DNA of 64,000 bases, taken from contig CAWEXF010000013.1 in assembly GCA_963812925.1 (NCBI GenBank), positions 92,565-156,564 on the forward strand. The letters run 5' to 3'. A program made the position numbers and the translations under genes. This DNA comes from an uncultured Pseudomonadota bacterium. Lineage in GTDB: Bacteria > Pseudomonadota > Gammaproteobacteria > Steroidobacterales > Steroidobacteraceae. This document shows positions 57,828 to 64,000 of the stretch, piece after piece; positions within the stretch are counted from its first letter, which is position 1; each line of letters opens with the position of its first letter. The notes below the pieces were generated by a model, which ran no database searches, was not told the origin of the DNA, and saw nothing but the letters and a program-made list of their open reading frames with translations.

Positions 57828-57861
57828 TTATGTCGGACAAGAAATTTCTTGTCGGACATAA
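57828..57861. promoter_or_regulatory. Composite 34-bp near-palindrome ttATGTCGGACAAGAAATTTCTTGTCGGACATaa holding two TGTCGGACA operator-like sites upstream of the TonB-receptor operon
   Basis: TGTCGGACA occurs at 57831-57839 and 57850-57858, separated by the palindrome AGAAATTTCT. The element lies 70-100 nt upstream of ATG 57931. Confidence 0.6.
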
Positions 57862-57930
57862 CAGCCCGGTGTATAAGGACGGGCAGTTCCGGCCACCGCG
57901 TCCGGCGCGCCGCATCGTCAAGGGGGATTC

Positions 57931-60750
57931 ATGAGCATCAAGAAAGTCGGCGCCTTGTCGCTGGCCTGTCTGTCCGCCGCCTCCATCGCAGTCCCGGTCG
58001 TGCACGCGCAGTCCGCCACGACCGCGGGCGACCAGACCAGTACCGCCGCCAGCGATACGCTGCATGAGATCGTGGTCACCGGACTTCGGCAGAGCCTCAA
58101 TCAGGCCGAAATCATCAAGCGCTTCAGCCCGCAGGTCGTCGACTCCATCGTCGCGCAGGACATCGGCAAGTTTCCCGACACGACCGTCGGCGACGCCCTG
58201 CAGCGTGTCCCGGGCGTGCAGGTGACCCGCAACAACGACCAGGTGGTCGGTGTCAATATTCGCGGCCTGCCGAATGTCGAGACGACGCTGAACGGCGACG
58301 AGATCTTCACCACGAATCTGCGCACGTTCGATTTTCAGAACCTTCCGGCGGAGACTCTGGCGGGCGTGGATGTCTACAAGACGAGCTCCGCGGATCAGAT
58401 CGAGGGCGGCATCGCCGGGCTCATCGACGTGCGTACCCACAGGCCCTTCGATTTCGGCGGCTTCGAGGCGGCCGGCTCCGCGACCGATCAATACGACTCG
58501 ATCGCCGACTCGCAGAACCCCGTGGTCAATGCCCTGGTGAGCGACCGCTGGCAGACGGGAGCCGGCGAATTCGGCGCGCTGGTCAACGTGTCCTACACCC
58601 ACGAGGACTACGACTATCCGATCGTTTGGGAGGATACGCCGCACAATCCGGAGCCGACCTCGCAGACCGGTCTCTCGGTTCCCGTGTTCGTGCCGTTCAT
58701 GGGCTCGGAGTCGACCATCGGGGAGCGCAAGTACCCCGAAGTCAACCTCGCGTTTCAATTCAAGCCGAGTGATTCGCTCGAGTTCTACAATGACGACATC
58801 TACACCGGCTACGAGTCGCGCTACGGCTCGAATTTTTTCTTTACCGTGACCAGCGATCCGCATCCACTGTCGGACGTCGTGCTGGACGGTTGCGCCACGC
58901 TGACCGGCGGCTATGGCTGCCAGGTTGCCTCGGCGACCGTCGGCGGCAACGGCAGCTATCCGTACACCGCGACCAGTACTCAGGCCTTCGATGCCGGGGA
59001 GGATGACTTCCATTCCGACATCGGGATGAAGTACCAATCGGGCCCGTGGTCGATCAACTCGGAGGTCGATGGCACCGTCTCGCGGTTCCATCAGCGCCAG
59101 GAGATCATCGACACCAGCCTCGACAACGAAGTGGTGACGTTCAACAGCGACGACAACGGTCACGGCCAATGGACCCTGCACGGCCCATCGCCCGATGTGC
59201 CGGCGAACTTCTACCTGCAGAATCTCTTCGAGGCCTGGCAGCAGAACTCCGGCAGCGAGCTCGCCTGGAAGAACAGCCTGCGCTACAACTTTTCCTCGGG
59301 CTTCCTGACGGCCGTCGAGGGTGGCCTGCGCCTCGCCGACCGCAGGACGGAGGCGAGCGGTAATCCCGGGATCAGCACCTGCGTGCCGGGAGCGACCGCC
59401 GGCTCCTGCAATGACGGCAACGTGAGCGCAACCGCGACATTCGGCCCGAACTCCTTCCAGCAATTCAACGGCGGCGACGGCAATGCGCCTTATTTCGTGG
59501 GCCTCGGCACCGATTATCTGCTCGACAACGTGCTGACGACACGCGCCTACTACGATGTGCCGCTCTCGGGACCAACGGCCGATCCCACCTCCGGCTTCAG
59601 CGACGATGAGTTCACTACCGCCTTCTGGGGACAGGGGCTCTTCGCCTTCAACATGGGCTCCATTCCGGTCGACGGCCAGTTTGGTCTCCGGACCGTCATC
59701 GACGATCGGACCCTCTCGGGCGCGGATGCGACCACCATCCCGGCGCTCACCAATACGACCACCGGGCCGGAAGTGGTGAATGGAGTGACGATCCCGCCCG
59801 GCGGTGTGATTGCCGCCGGCTACACCGAGTACAACCCATACTCCATAAAGACGCAGGGGGTTGACTGGCTGCCGAGCGTCAGCGCGCGCGTGCATTGGAC
59901 GCAAACCCTGCAATCACATTTCTCCGTCGCCCGGACGGTGACCCGGCCCGATTTCGGGGCTCTGAATCCGGCGCTGACCGAGATTCCGCCGACCGTCAAC
60001 CGGCAAGGCAACGGCTCCGAGGGTAATCCCGACCTGGCGCCCACCAAGGTCACCGCGTACGACGCCACGATCGAGTACTACGCGCCACGGGGCGGCATGC
60101 TGGCGCTCGAGGGCTTCTACCGCACCGTCACGGGCTACATCGAGCCCGAAACCGTCACCGTCCCGTACGCGACCAGCTTCTGCACGGCGAACGGCATTCC
60201 GACGACCGGTGGTCTGGGAGGGCAGTGCAACGTCATCATCGGCACCTCCGCGAGCTCCGGGACGGGGTTCATCGACGGCGTCGAATTGCAGGGGGAGAAG
60301 TTCTTCACCTTCCTGCCGTCGCCGTTCGATGGCTTCGGCGTGCAGGCGAACTACAGCTGGATCGACTCGAATGCGCCGATTCCGGGCCAGAACGGGCTGC
60401 CCACGATTTCGGGACAGTTGACGAACGTCTCGAAGAACAACGCCAGCTTCATCCTGATGTACGAGAAGCACGGCCTGTCGGCGCGGTTGGCTACGACCTA
60501 TCGGAGCAGCTACATCGAGTCGTATTATCCCGGCAACGACACGGATCCGCCGATCGACGTGGTGCGGCCCGAGGTCTTCGTCGATCTCAGCCTCTATTAC
60601 AACATCACGCGGAGCCTCGCCATCTCCGCGGCCGCGACCAACCTGACCAACGAATACTACAATAGCTACTCCGGAACGCCGCTTTTCCCGCGTGACATCC
60701 GCTTGATCGACCGGACGTATCGCCTCGGGATTCACTATCGGTTCGACTGA
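57931..60750 (+). CDS. TonB-dependent outer-membrane receptor (carbohydrate-type TBDR)
   Basis: 939 aa. Signal peptide, TonB-box region LHEIVVTGLR and plug FSPQVVDSIVAQDIGKFPDTTVGDALQRVPGVQV, followed by a long barrel. Confidence 0.9.
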   Translation: MSIKKVGALSLACLSAASIAVPVVHAQSATTAGDQTSTAASDTLHEIVVTGLRQSLNQAEIIKRFSPQVVDSIVAQDIGKFPDTTVGDALQRVPGVQVTRNNDQVVGVNIRGLPNVETTLNGDEIFTTNLRTFDFQNLPAETLAGVDVYKTSSADQIEGGIAGLIDVRTHRPFDFGGFEAAGSATDQYDSIADSQNPVVNALVSDRWQTGAGEFGALVNVSYTHEDYDYPIVWEDTPHNPEPTSQTGLSVPVFVPFMGSESTIGERKYPEVNLAFQFKPSDSLEFYNDDIYTGYESRYGSNFFFTVTSDPHPLSDVVLDGCATLTGGYGCQVASATVGGNGSYPYTATSTQAFDAGEDDFHSDIGMKYQSGPWSINSEVDGTVSRFHQRQEIIDTSLDNEVVTFNSDDNGHGQWTLHGPSPDVPANFYLQNLFEAWQQNSGSELAWKNSLRYNFSSGFLTAVEGGLRLADRRTEASGNPGISTCVPGATAGSCNDGNVSATATFGPNSFQQFNGGDGNAPYFVGLGTDYLLDNVLTTRAYYDVPLSGPTADPTSGFSDDEFTTAFWGQGLFAFNMGSIPVDGQFGLRTVIDDRTLSGADATTIPALTNTTTGPEVVNGVTIPPGGVIAAGYTEYNPYSIKTQGVDWLPSVSARVHWTQTLQSHFSVARTVTRPDFGALNPALTEIPPTVNRQGNGSEGNPDLAPTKVTAYDATIEYYAPRGGMLALEGFYRTVTGYIEPETVTVPYATSFCTANGIPTTGGLGGQCNVIIGTSASSGTGFIDGVELQGEKFFTFLPSPFDGFGVQANYSWIDSNAPIPGQNGLPTISGQLTNVSKNNASFILMYEKHGLSARLATTYRSSYIESYYPGNDTDPPIDVVRPEVFVDLSLYYNITRSLAISAAATNLTNEYYNSYSGTPLFPRDIRLIDRTYRLGIHYRFD

Positions 60751-60762
60751 GCGGAAGAGGGA

Positions 60763-62586
60763 ATGGGGACTGACGCAAGCACGGGCGGACCAGCTTCTCG
60801 CGCCGCGACCGGCCTCAGGTCGAGAAGCTGGTTCGACGACCCGTCGAATCCCGACATGACGGCGCTCTATCTGGAGCGGTACACGAACTTCGGGATCTCG
60901 GTCGAGGAGCTGCAGTCGAGCAAGCCGATCATCGGCATCGCCCAGAGCGGCAGCGATCTCTCGCCCTGCAACCGGCATCATCTGGTGCTGGCGGAGCGGG
61001 TGCGCGAGGGGATACGGGAGGCCGGGGGAATCGCCATCGAATTCCCCGTGCATCCGATCCAGGAGACGGGGAGGCGGCCCACGGCGGCTCTGGACCGCAA
61101 TCTCGCCTACCTCGGCCTGGTCGAGATTCTCTTCGGGTATCCGATCGACGGCGTGGTCCTCACGGTCGGGTGTGACAAGACGACGCCCGCCGCGCTGATG
61201 GCGGCGGCGACTGTCAACATCCCGGCGATCGCGCTCTCGGTGGGGCCCATGGTGAACGGCTGGCTCAAGGGGCGGCGCGCCGGCTCGGGCACGATCATCT
61301 GGCAGGCCAGGCAGTGGCTGGCGACGGGCCAGATCGATTACCGCGAGTTCATGAAGATCGTGACTTCGTCCACGCAGTCCACCGGCTACTGCAACACGAT
61401 GGGGACGGCGACGACGATGAACTCGTTGACCGAGGCGCTGGGCATGTCGCTCCCCGGCTCCGCCGCCATTCCGGCGCCCTACCGCGAGCGCCAGGAGTGT
61501 GCATACGAGACGGGCCGGCGGATAGTCGAGATGGTGCGGGCCGACCGCAAGCCCTCCGACATTCTCACTCGCGAGGCATTCCTCAATGCGATTCGAGTGA
61601 GCTCGGCGATCGGTGGCTCGACCAACGCGCCGATACACCTCAATGCGATTGCGCGCCATGCGGGAGTGTGTCTCTCTCTCGAAGATTGGCAGAGGTACGG
61701 CTTCGAGGTGCCGCTGCTCGTCAATCTGCAGCCGGCCGGCGAGTATCTCGGGGAGGATTATTTTCGCGCGGGCGGGGTCCCCGCAGTCGTGGCCGAGCTG
61801 ATGCGCCATGGGCTGATCCATGATGGCGCTGTGACGGCAAACGGCCGTACTATCGGTGAGAACTGCGGCGGCGCCGCCATCGAGGACGAGCGCGTCATCA
61901 GGAGGGTCGAGGATCCCCTGAAGCGCAATGCCGGCTTCATGGTGATGCGGGGCAATCTCTTCGAGGCGGCGGTCATGAAGACGAGCGTGATCTCGGAGGA
62001 CTTCAGGACGCGATATCTGTCGAATCCCGCCGATCCGGATGCCTTCGAAGGAAAGGCGATCGTCTTCGACGGGCCGGAGGACTACCACGCGAGGATCGAC
62101 GATCCGCGGCTTGGCATCGACGAGCAGAGCATCCTCGTCATCCGCGGCGTCGGCCCGATCGGATATCCGGGCGCGCCAGAAGTAGTGAACATGCGGCCGC
62201 CGGCGCACCTCATCCGCGCCGGCATACACGAGCTTCCGTGCATCGGCGATGGCCGCCAGTCGGGCACATCGGGGACGCCCTCCATCCTCAACGTTTCACC
62301 GGAAGCCGCAATCGGCGGCGGTCTCGCGCTCCTTCACAGCGGAGATCGGGTACGTGTCGACCTACGGGCGTGCCGGGTCGATGTGTTGCTGGATGATGCG
62401 GTGCTTGCCGATCGCCGACGTGAATTGGAGGCGAGGGGCGGCTACGCGTATCCTCCGAGTCAAACACCCTGGCAGGAGATGCAGCGCGCCAGCATCGGGC
62501 AGATGGCAGATGGCGCAGTGCTGGAGCCTGCAGTCAAGTATCAACGTCTGGCACAGACGGTGGGGATACCGAGACACAACCACTAG
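60763..62586 (+). CDS. IlvD/Edd-family sugar-acid dehydratase, pentonate (D-xylonate/L-arabinonate) dehydratase-like
   Basis: [28 protein letters not shown]...[20 protein letters not shown]...[13 protein letters not shown]...[25 protein letters not shown]...PRHNH. This strongly resembles the Caulobacter XylD-type subfamily as I recall it. Confidence 0.85.
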   Translation: MGTDASTGGPASRAATGLRSRSWFDDPSNPDMTALYLERYTNFGISVEELQSSKPIIGIAQSGSDLSPCNRHHLVLAERVREGIREAGGIAIEFPVHPIQETGRRPTAALDRNLAYLGLVEILFGYPIDGVVLTVGCDKTTPAALMAAATVNIPAIALSVGPMVNGWLKGRRAGSGTIIWQARQWLATGQIDYREFMKIVTSSTQSTGYCNTMGTATTMNSLTEALGMSLPGSAAIPAPYRERQECAYETGRRIVEMVRADRKPSDILTREAFLNAIRVSSAIGGSTNAPIHLNAIARHAGVCLSLEDWQRYGFEVPLLVNLQPAGEYLGEDYFRAGGVPAVVAELMRHGLIHDGAVTANGRTIGENCGGAAIEDERVIRRVEDPLKRNAGFMVMRGNLFEAAVMKTSVISEDFRTRYLSNPADPDAFEGKAIVFDGPEDYHARIDDPRLGIDEQSILVIRGVGPIGYPGAPEVVNMRPPAHLIRAGIHELPCIGDGRQSGTSGTPSILNVSPEAAIGGGLALLHSGDRVRVDLRACRVDVLLDDAVLADRRRELEARGGYAYPPSQTPWQEMQRASIGQMADGAVLEPAVKYQRLAQTVGIPRHNH

Positions 62587-62604
62587 AAACGAGGAGCGAC
62601 CCCG

Positions 62605-63792
62605 ATGACACGATGGCTTTCGATGATTGCCGCTTGCGCTTGCCTTTCAGTGGGCAGCGGGGCGGCGGGAGCGGCGACGGCGACTCGGTCGGTGTTCGGG
62701 AGGATGCCGGACGGCAATGCGGTCGAGGCGGTGACACTGGGCAATGACCACGGTGTGACCGTGCGCGTGATCACCTACGGCGCGCGAATCCAGGAGGTGG
62801 TGACCCCCGATCGCAACGGCAGTCCGGCAAACATCGCGCTCGGCTTTTCGTCGCTCGATGGTTATCTCAGCAAGGCCGACCCGTACTTCGGGGCCACAGT
62901 GGGCCGCTTCGCCAACCGGATCGCCAAGGGACGCTTCACGCTCGATGGACATGCGTATCAGGTGCCGGTCAACAACGGGCCGAATTCGCTCCATGGCGGC
63001 ACGATGGGCTTCGATAGAGTGCTGTGGACCATCGTCGGCGTGAAGCAGGGGTCCGGCTCCGCCAGCGTGAGTCTGCGGTATGTCAGCGCCAATGGCGATC
63101 AGGGTTACCCCGGAACACTGACGGCAACGGCGGTCTATTCGCTCGACGATCACGACCGGCTGCGCATCGAGTACGGCGCGACGACGGATGCGCCGACGAT
63201 CGTCAACTTGAGCAACCACACGTACTGGAATCTATCGGGCGAGGGCAGCGGCAGCGTCATGGATGAGCATCTGATGATTCCGGCGGCCGAGTTCACGCCG
63301 GTCGACGCCACGCAGATCCCGACCGGGGTGTTTGCCTCCGTCGCGGGCACGCCGTTCGATTTTCGCCTACCCAAGGCGATCGGCCGGGACATTCGCGACG
63401 GCCGCTCGCAACAGCTGCTCATCGGCCGAGGATATGACCTCAACTGGGTGATCAGCCGCCGGGCGGCCGCGGTGCCGAGACTCGTGGCGCGGGTCGTCGA
63501 TCCGCATTCGGGGCGGGTGCTCGAGCTCGCCTCGACACAGCCGGGACTGCAGTTCTACTCCGGGAATTTCCTCGACGGCACCCTGGTGGGCACCTCGGGT
63601 CACATCTATCGCCAGGGAGACGCCTTCGTGCTGGAGCCGCAGATCTTCCCCGATACTCCGAATCACCCGAATTTCGGCTCCGGCCGCCTCGCACCCGGCC
63701 AGACTTATCGCAACGAGATCATCTACACGTTCTCCACGATTGGCAGCTCCGGCCGGACCCGGGGCGTTCGCGCAGCGGCGAGGTCGCGATGA
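62605..63792 (+). CDS. galM: Aldose 1-epimerase (mutarotase) with signal peptide
   Basis: ITYGARIQEV...GRFANRIAKGRFTLDGHAYQVPVNNGPNSLHGG..GFD...NHTYWNL...EPQIFPDTPNHP. Confidence 0.9.
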   Translation: MTRWLSMIAACACLSVGSGAAGAATATRSVFGRMPDGNAVEAVTLGNDHGVTVRVITYGARIQEVVTPDRNGSPANIALGFSSLDGYLSKADPYFGATVGRFANRIAKGRFTLDGHAYQVPVNNGPNSLHGGTMGFDRVLWTIVGVKQGSGSASVSLRYVSANGDQGYPGTLTATAVYSLDDHDRLRIEYGATTDAPTIVNLSNHTYWNLSGEGSGSVMDEHLMIPAAEFTPVDATQIPTGVFASVAGTPFDFRLPKAIGRDIRDGRSQQLLIGRGYDLNWVISRRAAAVPRLVARVVDPHSGRVLELASTQPGLQFYSGNFLDGTLVGTSGHIYRQGDAFVLEPQIFPDTPNHPNFGSGRLAPGQTYRNEIIYTFSTIGSSGRTRGVRAAARSR

Positions 63793-64000
63793 GATATTCC
63801 GCTCTTTTTTCGTCAGTGCTCGGGGTCGTGCTGCTCGGCTCTGTTTTCCCCTCGAGGGCGGCCGACCTCGAGCGCTGGTCGAGCGCGCAAGCGCAGTCCT
63901 GGTACGCCGCGCAGCCCTGGGTCCTGGGCAGCAACTACGTCCCGTCCGACGCCATCAACGAGCTCGAGATGTGGCAGGCTGCGACCTTCGACCCGAAGCG
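63789..64000 (+). CDS. Secreted glycoside-hydrolase-like protein (GH5-like TIM barrel?), N-terminal fragment running off the right edge
   Basis: Read by hand; not in the ORF track because there is no stop in the window. MRYSALFSSVLGVVLLGSVFPSRAADLERWSSAQAQSWYAAQPWVLGSNYVPSDAINELEMWQAATFDPK. The W-x-A-x-x-WY-x-x-QPW-x-x-G-x-N-x-x-PS-x-A-IN-x-LEMWQ motif is recalled from GH5-like proteins often annotated as beta-xylanase/mannanase. ATGA overlap with the galM stop. Confidence 0.4.
   Translation, partial: MRYSALFSSVLGVVLLGSVFPSRAADLERWSSAQAQSWYAAQPWVLGSNYVPSDAINELEMWQAATFDPK

Noticed and set aside
1-64000. Search for CRISPR arrays, IS elements/transposases, integrases, rRNA or tRNA genes and prophage modules
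   Set aside because: I noticed no spaced direct-repeat arrays, DDE or tyrosine-recombinase motifs, or tRNA cloverleafs while reading either strand. Absence established by eye is not proof; tRNAscan-SE, ISfinder or CRISPR-finder runs would settle it.

Overview
This is a high-G+C proteobacterial chromosomal segment. The gene order ppiD-fabI-mltD-(yafS-like)-rnhA-dnaQ suggests a gammaproteobacterium of the Xanthomonadales/Nevskiales type (inference). (i) 1-2404 is an islet that looks lower in G+C by eye. It carries an AAA+/DUF234 ATPase followed by the 5' part of a TIGR02677/DUF2397-like gene that runs off the left edge, probably the edge of a Wadjet-like SMC cassette. That partial gene is absent from the supplied ORF track. 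(ii) 2405-9042 is housekeeping. (iii) 9043-48536 is a surface-polysaccharide (O-antigen/EPS) super-locus of about 39.5 kb. It has a co-directional, translationally coupled precursor block: UDP-HexNAc dehydrogenase, epimerase, aminotransferase, pgi, a complete ADP-heptose pathway with split hldA/hldC, rmlACDB, a 996-aa Wza-like exporter, gmd/fcl and a methyltransferase-SDR-aminotransferase set. It also has a strand-switching variable block (31124-43618) with Wzx, Wzy-like protein, Wzz-like protein, four glycosyltransferases, an initiating phosphoglycosyltransferase and unusual tailoring genes (sulfotransferase, radical SAM, 2OG-Fe(II) oxygenase, methyltransferases, acetyltransferase). It ends with ugd-manC-manB. 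(iv) 48641-56867 holds a receiver-domain/bactofilin/zinc-ribbon trio, an Omp85-like protein, an orphan modA, an extended Wzi-like barrel and a FecR/DUF6600-like protein. (v) 56928-64000 is a GntR-regulated locus with a TonB-dependent receptor, a pentonate dehydratase, a mutarotase and a glycoside hydrolase. Three copies of an ATGTCnGACAT-type palindrome sit in its two promoter regions. I saw no rRNA, tRNA, CRISPR array, transposase or integrase. Most long antisense ORFs in the track are GC-rich shadow frames. The best candidates for something undescribed are the sulfotransferase/radical-SAM/oxygenase tailoring set inside the polysaccharide locus and the ATPase-plus-TIGR02677 arrangement at the left edge. 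All family assignments come from reading motifs by eye and need HMM or BLAST confirmation.
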